64,000 nt of DNA from Epiperipatus broadwayi (Eukaryota; Animalia; Onychophora). The translations under genes were made by a program, and so were the position numbers. The notes under the pieces are model-generated. The model did no database searches. It was not told the origin of the DNA and saw only the letters and a list, made by a program, of their open reading frames with translations. Positions 24,765 through 35,609 of this stretch are shown one piece after another (positions within the stretch are counted from its first letter, which is position 1; the number at the start of each line of letters is the position of its first letter). The stretch lies in NCBI GenBank assembly GCA_028023455.1, contig JAQFVV010000006.1:7998001-8062000 (forward strand). The letters are read 5' to 3'.

Positions 24765-25535
24765 TTGATGACCACACACATGTAGAAAAGACAAATAATC
24801 ACCAAAACCCGTAATTCGTGCTAAGCCACCACTAATCAGTTGGTCTAGATTATCATCTTCCATATATATATATAGTCAGTGCTCATTATTATTACAGATG
24901 TATGTAAATGCTCTAGAATATATATTTTAACTAAAACTGGTATAGCATGAAATACGTATATTGATGATTATTTATCTTTTCGACATATATGTGTTCAAGT
25001 ATATCAGTGTTATGAGATAGAGTGGAGAGTTGTGGATCGTGTGAAAGTCTGTGCTCATATACTCTATATATTACATATATTGATACAGGTATATAATAAG
25101 CCTGTATTTCAGTTATTACATAGTAGAGGTGTCTGCCCATCCCTCATATATGTATTAAATGGATTATATGCTGCCCATGAGGGGTCAGATTGACTTTAGG
25201 TCAACATGGGTGTGATGAAAATCTCGGCCTCGGGGTGGCCTTTGAGCGTTCTATCATCAGATTTTCAATTGGATGGACGGTTGAAGAGTTGGAGTGTGGA
25301 GTAGATTGAAGCCTGTCCATTAAAGTATGAAGATTGTCTATCTTAATATATATCTGAGCACTTATAGTATATATGTGTAGAGATGATAATCTGGACCAAC
25401 TGATGATTGCTGGTTTAGCATGAAATACGTATATTGGTGATTATTTATCTTTTCGACTTATATTCAAGTGTATCTGTGTTATGAGATAGAGTGGTGGATC
25501 GTGTGAAAGTCTGTGCTCATATACCCTATATATTT
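24765..25535. mobile_element. Family C locus: short inverted arm plus a head-to-tail multimer (more than one monomer)
   Basis: Minus arm ~24765-24900. Plus strand has two successive gaaatacgtata motifs (GAAA at 24949 and 25422), period 473 nt. Confidence 0.9.
25396..25438 (+). ncRNA. Family C type I hammerhead ribozyme (best-preserved copy)
   Basis: ACCAA-CUGAUGA-u-UGCU-gguuu-AGCA-u-GAAA-UACGUA-UA-UUGGU: 5-bp stem I, palindromic AUACGUAU stem III, predicted cleavage after A25433. Confidence 0.8.
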
Positions 25536-26610
25536 TTAAATAAACGTAAAATGTAATGAGTATTAAAAAAAAAAAACTTAGGAAAAGTTTAATGTAATTA
25601 TAAGCCTTATATGTTATTTGAAAATTACTTTGTAAAATATTTAAAATAAATCAGTAAACAAAAGCAAAAAAAAATATTTTTACTCCATCATGTTTTCACT
25701 GTTTATCTATCTATCTTCTAAGCGAAGATCCTCAGATATTTAATAAATAATGATAAAAATACATATGTAATTTTTTCAAAAAAAAAATTCCTGTACAGGT
25801 CTTTTATTTATAATGTTCAGCACGCGTAGAAAAGATATTTTGAGAAAAGTAGTTTTATATATAAAAATGTGAATGTTAAGAATGAATCTAAAGTAGGCAG
25901 TTATGGGGAGGGGGATCAACATGTTAAAATAATTAAAGAATTTGTGGCTCGGAATGTATCCAGCTCCCTATATAATAGAGCTACAACTGTGATCCATAGA
26001 TGTAGACCTCCCGAACCTGCCATTAAATTGCTGCATTAAAAAACCTGAGGTTATTTACGAAAAAAACTTTCTATCGTTCCGTTAAAATTAAAAAATTCAG
26101 TTTGCAAGATGAAAAATTTAAATCCTTTGAAAAAAGTAAGAATTCACATGATCTCCTAAACAACTAATTATTAGATAATTTAAGTTAATCAGTACTGTAA
26201 TATTGATAAATTTAAAAAGAATATGGGAATACGTTTTTTTTTTTTTTGCTTCTTTTCATTGTAATAATGCAATATATATATATAATTAAATACTGTCCTC
26301 AGATAATACGACCTTCGACAATTGGAAACAATAACTGATCTAAGCTGATTTAGCTCTTTAGTTTACCATTTTTCAGTACGCTTAAAACATGCAGGGCATA
26401 AGTGGTATTTTTTAAAATTAACTGATATTAATGGAATAGTTTGGTGCTTGGGAGGTCATATGATAGTTCAAGCACTGGACGCTACATAATTGAGTTGTGA
26501 TCTATAGACTTTAATTTAAGACTTCTCATTGCATCTATCTACTAAGCCTACAATCTAGGTTTGAATCTATGCTAAGCACAATCTTGAAAACTTTTTCAAT
26601 AGACTTATAC

Positions 26611-26835
26611 TTTTCTTTCAGATAGAGCCCACAGCCAACCCAATTAACCATCTAATACTAGATAGTAAATGAATATCAAACTATTTTCGATTAGAGGATT
26701 AAACAGGATGAAAACCACATGCTTTTCTTCCAGATAGATAGCTCATAGCCAATCCGATGAATAATCGAATACTAGATAGTAAATAAGTAACACACTATTT
26801 TTGATTAGAGGATTAAACAGGAATGAAAAGCACAC
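26611..26835. repeat. ~112-bp diverged tandem duplication
   Basis: ttttctttcagatag...aatactagatagtaaat...gattagaggattaaacagga at 26611 and 26723. Confidence 0.8.
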
Positions 26836-27215
26836 ATCATCCAACTGTTGGCAAACCCATCGAGTACAGTGTTCACTTTCACTGTTCCTTTATGAAGGCT
26901 GCTGGAAAAACTTTCATATTTGTAGTAGGTTATTATGCCTACTTTTTGTTAATTTTTATATTAATTATTTTATATTTTTACTTTATAAGCATTCTGTGGT
27001 CATTTTTATATACTTCATATATATTGCTTATAATTCTATTAGAATTGGTAAAATATCTTTCAAATCCATACAAAGTGTGACTCTGTTGTTTTAATCCATA
27101 TAAAATGTCCATATAGTGACAGACATCCTTTTGGTATTTTTGGTATGTATAACTGCATCATGAACAATGTTCTCCTGAAACACTTTCAACATTCTATGAG
27201 TTTCTCACAAATTAA

Positions 27216-27384
27216 ACCAGAAATACGCTTCACTCATCCATAGCATATTAAGGAGATCATTTTCCATATTCTTGAAAAGGTTATTAAACATGCTGATTTT
27301 ATAAAATGAATGTTTAATAAAATATACAAAAGTATGAAAAAGACCTCCTTAATACACTGTGGATGAGTGAAGCATATTTCTGGT
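27216..27384. repeat. Imperfect inverted repeat (~55-bp arms)
   Basis: accagaaatacgcttcactcatcca...ttaaggag / ctccttaa...tggatgagtgaagcatatttctggt. Confidence 0.8.
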
Positions 27385-27564
27385 ATCATAAATGGTAGGA
27401 TGTCAGACCCTGGAGTGTAATATTCTTGGATCTATTCCAATTCTGGCACTTCTAGTATTCAAACTTGTTACAATTTCCCGAGCAACAAAGCCATTCAATT
27501 ATTTTTGTTTATTTAGTTACAGATAAGTCCTAACTAAACACTGTACCATTTTAAAAAATCAAAG

Positions 27565-27760
27565 AATACTATAAACATGGTTTCTATTTTCAGGCAAATG
27601 AAAAAAGCATCATGCGCAATGGTGTAATTAATATATTGCTTTTATTGACTTAGTCAAGGCATTTCACTCAGTTAATTGAAAAGGTTTGTTGCAGAGTTTG
27701 AAAGTAGTTAACTGTCAATGGAAATTTACTCACATGTAGCTACTATGTGATAGTATATTA
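27565..27760 (+). mobile_element. RTE LINE RT fragment
   Basis: TINMVSIFRQMKK...FIDLVKAFHSVN*KGL (cf. DMIF.LRQ..EK / FIDL.KAFD.V). Confidence 0.7.
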
Positions 27761-28122
27761 CTGGAAATAAGATATAAAATGGTATATACAGAGTTAATTC
27801 TGCTTTCTATTTTTAGATGCACTCGTCTTCTATTCCACACCATATTTTTCAAATGCTTAAACAAAGACATCTTACAAAAAAGTGACTCCCAATTTGCATT
27901 CCTGGCTGAACCGGCAAACTTCAGTCATCCCAAATCACAATATTTCACACACCAGCAGTGATTATGTTCAGTACTTATCAATAACAATTACTAAAATTTG
28001 ATGTAAAAGTGCCATAATTTCTGCACCCACCCATTTGCCCTCTTGCAATAAATAGATTAAAAGCTATCACTAATCGTTTACAAAGCTAAACATTATCATA
28101 TAATTGTTTACCATATAATTAT

Positions 28123-28347
28123 TATACAAAATTAACAAAGCGTATGACACACTTGAATGAGAAGCTATAAAGATACACAGAAATTATTACATGCTAAGCG
28201 CTTTCGAGGCCTTTTGCCTCATATTCATAGCAGTACTGAATATGAATATGAGGCAAAAGGCCTCGAAAGTGCTTAGCATGTAATAATTTCTGTGTATCTT
28301 TATAGCTTCTCATTCAAGTGTGTCATACGCTTTGTTAATTTTGTATA
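28123..28347. mobile_element. Near-perfect 225-bp palindrome with an HHR-like motif in each arm
   Basis: Centre agtact at 28232-28237; arms differ at few positions. Confidence 0.9.
28192..28232 (-). ncRNA. HHR-like motif with A3:U8 core variant
   Basis: UGCU-AUGAAUA-U-GAGGC-aaaag-GCCUC-GAAA-GCGC-UU-AGCA: 4-bp stem I, 5-bp stem II, palindromic AGCGCU stem III. Confidence 0.6.
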
Positions 28348-28479
28348 TTAAATTATCGAATGAGAAATCTTAAAATCTTTAATATTTTACATATAATTAT
28401 TATAACTGGTCTAAAATATGGATAATTTATAATTTAATACATGATTTACATTAACCTCTTTTTTGCTGATTATTTTATT

Positions 28480-29850
28480 GGCTGAGTGAGGTAAAAGTCT
28501 AAACTTTTAATTGGTCAATTCACAAACTCAAGTGTCAATTCACAAAAATCAAGCATCAAAATATATTCATCTTTTAATATTATATTCACTTTAGTTTCAT
28601 TTGTAAAAAGTATATTAATAAATTGTCATGTTATGAAAGTGAGCGAAAGTTTTTTCAAAAATAAATTTTTATTTATAATTATAAAAATATTCGATAGCGG
28701 AAAATCTAAAATGAATATTATTCACCAACCAAAATGTTTTGTGACGTCAGTGATTTCTTTGCCAATTTTACACTGCAGAACAAGTAAATAATTTTTGTTA
28801 AAGTCTTAACTATTTTTCTAAAATAATTTTATTTTTAGCATATTTTATCAAAATAATTTATAATTTGTCAAAAAATACTTTTAAAATGATCTAAAACATT
28901 CGTTTATCATTTTTGAAATGAAACAAAAACAAATCGTAACTTTTCAGTTATTGACAACTATTTTCTTTGTTGTCAAACTGTAACAGCCAATAAGATTCAA
29001 GAAGAGACCACCTACTTCTTTTGCTAGACTTTAGATGACCATTTTATTGATTTTTTACTTGTAAAATAATTCAAGAGAGGGCAGCATCTTACGGAACTTT
29101 TTATAATTTTTCAAATGAGGGTAAATCTTTAACCGTAGCCTTAAAAGTGACGGGATTTGGATGCTCAAAAGACGATGCCAAATTGTCACGTTTTTAACCA
29201 TGACTACCAAAAAGTAGGTTAATCATTAATATATTTAGCTAAAAAGTTTGTCAAATGTATGGACGCAAGGGTATTAAGCTGTAATAATTATCTCTTTTTA
29301 TGACTGATGATTCTTGTAGTAGTATAATCAGCTTTATAAAGCAAGCATATGAAAATGTGAGAAAGTTTAATGGTGTGGGTTTTAATTTGAAGTGGTGAAA
29401 AACAAAAACAGTAGCTTCTTGATTTTCACTGTGTTGATTGACAGTTCGGATAGTGATTTATTGAGTGTTCTTAATATTTTAAATGCAAACAATTAAATGT
29501 GCTAATTAATTATTAATAAAATTCAGATGTTGTATCAGAGATTGAGATTTAAAAAAAAAAGTCTGCAACTTTTGAACTGGATGATTATAAGCATATTTTA
29601 ATATATGAATGTATTTATAGTTCACAAATTGGTTTGTATAATCAGCCATCTTTAATACAGTCACAGTAAAGGTGGCGCGAGTGTTGACGGCGACGGCAGC
29701 AGCAGTAGTAATAGTATGATAACTTTCTATTTCTTTCTCTTGAAGATAGAATGGCCACACTCGTTCGCAAATGGTGATGATGATGTATATGTGTTCTGAG
29801 CATTTAATATAAAAGCACATTATTCCGTAACATATTTTGACAAACGATTA
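28480..29850. promoter_or_regulatory. TE-free, CpG-richer island; candidate promoter / 5' gene region
   Basis: ATTGG/CCAAT boxes (~28477, ~28510, ~28987), TGACGTCA at 28742-28749, CpG cluster at 29677-29770; no repeat family recognised. Confidence 0.4.
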
Positions 29851-30539
29851 CCAGATAGCAAAAACTTTTAATTGCAATCTGGATTCGTTTTTTTTTTTTT
29901 TTAATTTAACAAAGGTTATGTTACTTTTTTAAAATTCTAAGTTATCAATAATAATATTAATTTCGTAAAAAAGATCTTCTTTTTTTTAAAAAAAAAAAAA
30001 AAAACAAACGACAAAATAACAAGATTTACAACTTCTTGAAACGCTTAACATAACAAAGAAGAAACATTGTTGCATCTAATCTTGAAACTTTTTTTAATTA
30101 TTGATTTTTAAGAAAATATTAATCCTATCAAAGCAAATTACTAACCTGTTGAATGCTGACTTGAAATTTGTATTATGTAACCAAATTAACATCAGATATA
30201 CAGTTATATTTTGAAACACTTCATAATCTTTTAATTAAAAAAAAAAATGTAAGCATGTAAAACTTTAGTAAAAACCAATGCATTTTTTGCTTACCAATAT
30301 ACTCACTACCAATAAATCGAATTAAAATACATATATAAATAACCTATTGGTTTATTTATCAGGAGTTTTAAAAAGTTTGTGTATCGCAAATGACTGCTGA
30401 AACCATAATTTATGGACCGCCCTTCTACTGTTCTATACTACATAGGGCAGCATAGGAAAATTGATGATGATTACATTCATATAATTGAATGCATCATTAA
30501 AATTAAAAAGAATTGAAAGCATACAGTCAATTTTATAAC

Positions 30540-30610
30540 ACATATGGATTGAACTTGGAGAGGCCTTCATCCTATAAGCAGATCGATAATGATTGAAAAT
30601 GATGGATATT
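30540..30610 (+). mobile_element. Extreme 3' end of an RTE LINE
   Basis: atggattgaacttggagaggccttcatcct...gataatgattgaaaatgatg. Confidence 0.7.
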
Positions 30611-31024
30611 AATAAAAACAAGCGAATAAATCAAGTTTTTAAAAAAAGAAATTATAAATAAAAACCGATGAAACTAAACTAGAAAAAAGAAAGAGTACAT
30701 ATCTTTAAAATAACCTTACTAGTGGTCTTGGTAAATGTAAAAACTGCCAGATTCTAAGAATTTATCTCCAAGTTAGAGTGAGACTGGATACATGAAAAGT
30801 TGAATGGTAAAAAAACAGCAAAACATATCTTGATAACTGAAAAAACATACTACAGGAAATTACTAAAAAATTAGCTGGATGCAAAATCTTTGCAACAAAA
30901 AACAATAATTAGAAATCTAAAAAACCTACTTTCTGGTTTCAAACAAAACATAGATAAAAGAAAGACTTTATAGAATAAATATAGATACTATTAAAAAATA
31001 AAGAGCTAATTTGCATTCACAAAT

Positions 31025-31170
31025 CCATCTGATAAATGCTGGTTTAGCATGAAATATGGATATTGGTGATTATTTATCTTTTAAGACAAGTGTGTGATCA
31101 AGTGTATCAGCGGTATGAGATAGCGTGGATAGTTGAGGGTCATGTGAAAGTCTGAGTTCAAACCCCTATA
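31025..31170 (+). mobile_element. Family C fragment
   Basis: ctgataaatgctggtttagcatgaaatatggatattggtgattatttatc...gaaagtctgagttcaaaccc. Confidence 0.8.
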
Positions 31171-31364
31171 AAGTGCAGATATGAAAAAGCTTGTACTGTA
31201 GTAAAAATTCATATATTAAATCCATCTTGTCAATTACTAACAAAAATGGAGAAAATTAGTGAAGAAAACATCATACATTTGTAGTTTTACATGAAGCTTA
31301 AATTCTTCCATTTTCACTATTATTGCATTTAGTGTAAGCTTTAGTAACCAGATGATGGTGCTTA

Positions 31365-31440
31365 ATAAATCCTCATCTAGTGCTGCTCTATCCAAAATCC
31401 CCAGATTAGGATCTAGCTTATGGCTTTCATCAGCAAAAAG
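31365..31440 (-). mobile_element. Family B fragment
   Basis: Reverse complement gctgatgaaagccataagctagatcctaatctgggg. Confidence 0.7.
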
Positions 31441-31489
31441 CTTTTTGAATTTTTCTGAACCATGCACTTGGGTGCATTTATTAAGAGAA

Positions 31490-31950
31490 AATATTTTGTG
31501 GACCTTTGAAGAGAGAATTAAGAAAAAGATGAATTAAATGCAATGTGTGGAGAGTACTATGGTTGTGAAATGTGGACAGTGAGTAATAAAATTAGGAAGA
31601 GATTGGAAGTCTTTGAGATGTGGACACGGAGAATGGAAAAAAATCAAATGAATAAATAAAATAACACATGAAAAAGTTTGATACTGAAAAAAGAAAATCG
31701 ATTAAGGAAATTAGAAATAAACTGGATTGGACATATATTATGAAGAAAGTATAATTTAATGAAAGATGTTTAAGAGAGAATAGAGAGTGGAAGTAAGAAA
31801 AAGGGATGAAAAGGATTTACATTGTTGGATGACATGGGAACAGTTATGTGGAATGGAAAGAGTTGGGAAAAGAGAAATGAGTGGAAAAATGAAATGATGA
31901 TGTGTGACTACTCTCTGGATCTCACCATGAGACAATACTATTGATGATGA
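31490..31950 (+). mobile_element. LINE C-terminal fragment (second RTE-like lineage)
   Basis: YGCEMWTVSNKIRKRLEVFEMWTRR..., WIGHIL, LLDDM. Confidence 0.75.
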
Positions 31951-32084
31951 TGCACTTGGATCTTTTGGATCTAAAGTACCTTTTCATCTAGCAGCCATTC
32001 TTTAACTTTTTGTTATACTAATCAAGCTTTTAGTTCAAAGTGGAAAAACATATTAATTCATCCAGTCCATATAGATCTGAAACT

Positions 32085-32185
32085 GCTTCAGCTGATGAAA
32101 GGTCATAAGAGAGGAACTAATCTGGAGATACTTGGATAGAATAGGACTATGATCTGGAATCTATTGATTGCTAAAACATAGGGGA
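32085..32185 (+). mobile_element. Decayed family B copy
   Basis: ctgatgaaaggtcataagagaggaactaatctggagatacttggat. Confidence 0.55.
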
Positions 32186-32639
32186 ATGGCATAAGAGAAG
32201 TCAGACTAGAAAAAATTGTTACATCTGCAGCTTCTGATGATGAAATATATGACAAAGAACTATTGTCTTGATATTCTCGCATGTTAATAAGTTTGGGCAC
32301 ATTTTTATAAATGCACTGAAAGTTTATCAGCTACAAACCACTTATAACAATAGTAAAGTTTATGACTAAAAGATTTTCAACCAGCAGTCAGTTTGCTGAC
32401 TTATAAATTGTTTGTTCTTAACTAGTCTTTTAAATCCTATCATTAAAAATAATTATTTTATTACTGATATATTCTGTCTCAACAAATAAGACGAAAAAAT
32501 AAGGAAAGCAGCAGGATTAACAAATCACATCATTATAATAAAAGTTCAAAATAAGATAAGAAAAATGATAAATAAATAAGTAATACAAGTTCATGGGTGT
32601 TAAAATAGTACGAGCAGCCAACATCTTTCAACGAATAAT

Positions 32640-32845
32640 CTTTTAAGCCAATAAACATCACATGATCACCATTTATTATGCTTGCTTATAACTGTTAGTA
32701 AAATAGAGATCCTAAAATTTAGGTGCAGTACTCTCAGATCCAAAGCTCCTCACTGATAAAGGCCACAAGCCAGAAACTAGTCTGGGGATATTGTATGAGT
32801 AGGTACTAGATGGGGATTTTATGCACAAGCCTTCTGGCATCAGTT
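32640..32845 (+). mobile_element. Family B copy with HHR
   Basis: ctca-CUGAUAA-aGGCcacaaGCCa-GAAA-CUAG-UC-uggg at 32749-32786. Confidence 0.8.
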
Positions 32846-32879
32846 TTGCCTGCTTTTAAAGGAATAATCTAATTGTTGT

Positions 32880-32990
32880 TTTTTTTTTTTTTCATATGTC
32901 ATAGCATTGGCCGGGATGCGAGCCCACAACTGTCTGCAGCCAACTACTTGCTTGCAAGGCTGCTGCGATGACCTCTCGGCTAAATCAAGC
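32880..32990 (-). mobile_element. tRNA-derived SINE (family H) with poly-A tail
   Basis: Reverse complement TAGCCGAGAGGTC (A-box-like)...GTGGGCTCGCATCCC (B-box-like)...gctatgacatatgaAAAA; homologous to 34256-34362. Confidence 0.75.
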
Positions 32991-33719
32991 ACATCATTTT
33001 TCTTTATGAAGTACTGATTGTGTACCTTGTCATGGTACACATAGTAAGAGTAAAGCAAACTGACATCCACTTCCAGAAATGGCATTCAAATTTTATATAA
33101 GCAGAAATATCAAAATATAGTCTCATCAAGTCTTCAAATAAGACTATGGATTGAAGATTTTCTGGAAAAATATTTTGGATGTGCAACAATGTTAAGTATT
33201 TACTACAAATTAAGTGATGTTAATTTAATATTGTTAAACCAATAGAAAAATATTATAGTGTTCCCTATGGTTCAAATAAATATTGAATTCCAACATAATA
33301 AAAATAATAGTAATAATAATAATCATACGATTAGTTGCTTGGGAGGTTATCTAATGTTCGAGTATCTTTATTGGCAGATTGAGCATAACACTTCCATACA
33401 ATAAAATAAACTGGAATTCTGTTCTTATATTCAACACAGTTCAAAACAGAACATGAAACTTTTATCTCAAAGTCTAATATTGAGATTTTTTTTAAATGGA
33501 TAAAAAATTATATAATTTTTTAAAAAAATAGATGTAAAATAAAACGAATATATTTATTTACCAGGCATACGGATTTTTTTAGATAAATGGATACAAACAT
33601 TGTCAATGAATTTGCAGATTCCAACCAGGAGATGCATTCACTAATGGTTTTAATAGATCCTAAACCCTGTATAGTCACTGATTCTATAGTAATCATAGTT
33701 CACATATGTCTGCAACTGT

Positions 33720-34160
33720 GCGTGCCAGAAAGTTGAATTTCATTTCTGAAGCAGGTAAAGAAACAATCATGACTGACTGTGAATCTGTGGATGAGACTAC
33801 AGCAGTAACTAATTGAGGCAAATCCAGTTAGCTTTATGTTTTGAGACCCTCTTAAAGAATTCTTTGTTTATTTGAAGAAATCTTGGTTACAAATATAACA
33901 TAGGTGGGAAGACTATATATTGAGTTAGAAACAACAAAAAAAATCCATTTACGGCAATTTGAATATGTCCATGAAATTCAACAACAGTAAAGATCATTTC
34001 TCACTTTAAGAAGAAGAAAAAATTGAAATGAACATGATGATATTCAAACGATGGCAGAACTTATTTAGTATAGCTATAATCCAGATGTCTATAGTAGATT
34101 ATTATCAATATTAAAAGATATTGACGTGTCTCATTAGCTTGTAACGAAATGCAGAATGAA
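33720..34160 (+). pseudogene. Possible hAT transposase relic
   Basis: CESVDETTAVTN followed after a frameshift by QLALCF (cf. S.DETTD....QL..C.R), and PDVYSRLLSILK (dimerisation-domain-like); heavily decayed. Confidence 0.4.
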
Positions 34161-34255
34161 GTTGCATTAATTTTCGATAAAATTAATAAAGCGTTCGGAT
34201 GAAATAAGTTAGAGATGACTCCGTGTTTTAAATGATGCTTACAATCACTTTAAAC

Positions 34256-34362
34256 GCGTTATTAGCTGAGAGGTCGTCACAGCCGCCTTGCAAGCAAGTA
34301 GTTGGTTGCAGACGGTTGTGGGTTCGCCTCCCGGCCGATGCTATGACATATAGAAAAAAAAA
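34256..34362 (+). mobile_element. tRNA-derived SINE (family H) with poly-A tail
   Basis: gcgttatTAGCTGAGAGGtc...gtgGGTTCGCCTCCcggccgatgctatgacatatagAAAAAAAAA. Confidence 0.75.
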
Positions 34363-34594
34363 GTATTCATAAATTATTGAAAGTAAAAGATACCGCTTAG
34401 AATATTTTCTGCAATTCCGAAATCACATCAATTCCTGCATTCACATCTATCATTGTTCAGTCATTCTCTGACTTTCACTACAGTTCTCTACAATATTTAA
34501 ATAACCATTTATTGACTTCAAAAGTGACAAATATTTTATTTTAAGTGTTTGAAATTATCAACTAATAAAAATTCATTTTTAAAATAGTAGCAAC

Positions 34595-34740
34595 TATCTC
34601 CATAGAGTAGTGCCCTTCAGTGCAAGCCATAGTAATCAATGAATGCTAGGTTTGAGCATTAAAATCCAGTATGTAGTGCCAATCATCTAATATTTCCAGA
34701 CTGGGTGGGATTACTGTATGGTGAGATTTGCTAGTGCTTT
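34595..34740. mobile_element. Decayed family B inverted pair
   Basis: ctccatagagtagtgcc...aatcaatgaatgc...tatttccagact (minus), then tactgtatggtgagatttgc (plus). Confidence 0.6.
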
Positions 34741-35006
34741 AATGAATAACATTTATTTTATAACCCTAACCAATTTTATTACTAAAAATAAATTTGGAGT
34801 TAATGATATGACCTGTCATTTAACTTATACAAGGATTTATTTGTAAACCATGGAACACTTTTAACTCTTCACTATTTTATTGTATTGTAATATTCAATTA
34901 ACACAACTGATATCTGATGAGTTACTCTTCTTCAAGTTTGTCTGCAGATTTGTGATGATGGCATCTTAATTATAAGTACATGTTGGACTATTTCTAACAT
35001 CTAGTT

Positions 35007-35050
35007 CAGGGGTCAGCAAACTTATGGCTCACAAGCAAATGTGGCTCTTT
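35007..35050 (+). mobile_element. hAT-like terminal sequence
   Basis: CAGGGGTCAGCAAACTTATGGCTC...AAATGTGGCTC resembles hAT left ends; partner end not found. Confidence 0.5.
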
Positions 35051-35609
35051 AATCCAATCCCATAGCTCTTTTTAATCATGATAAATTGATTAGCAAAGAC
35101 AGTTATCATGGAATAGCATTGTTAATAAAGCAACTATACTTTGAAAATTAAGGTCACATGAAATCAGAGGTGAGTGGCTGAGAAAAACATGAGCTCCTTC
35201 AAGGCTCAAAAAGCATTATAGGTATAGCTTTTCTGACAGACAAATTCAAAACATATCCAAGCAAAAATCTGATTTGTATATGTGTTTGATCTATTCAGGT
35301 ATTCAGTTAATCAAAAAGATTTGCTGCATGTTTGGGATAGTTAATGGTCCATGAACATTTATTTCTACTGTTGCATGGTATGAGAGAATGAGTGCTGGGA
35401 GAAGAAGGGGGGTGAAGAATTTCAAATAAAAACTAGTGTTAAACAAAGGTAAGTATTAGTTACAACTTTATTTTCCAATTTTATAACAATTGTCTTTAAA
35501 AAATTTTTTATAGGTAGTCGCTTGGAAGGGGCATCAAAATGTGATGTTGGTTTTATGATATACTTTTTTTGAATTGAACTGATGTTGGTAAAGACTTTCC
35601 TCTTTTTTT

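Noticed and set aside
27216-27384. Hammerhead motif in this inverted repeat, and in 4684-4790 and 47750-47910
   Set aside because: Only fragments such as GAAGCGTAT or GAAATACGTATG are present; no convincing core plus stem II.
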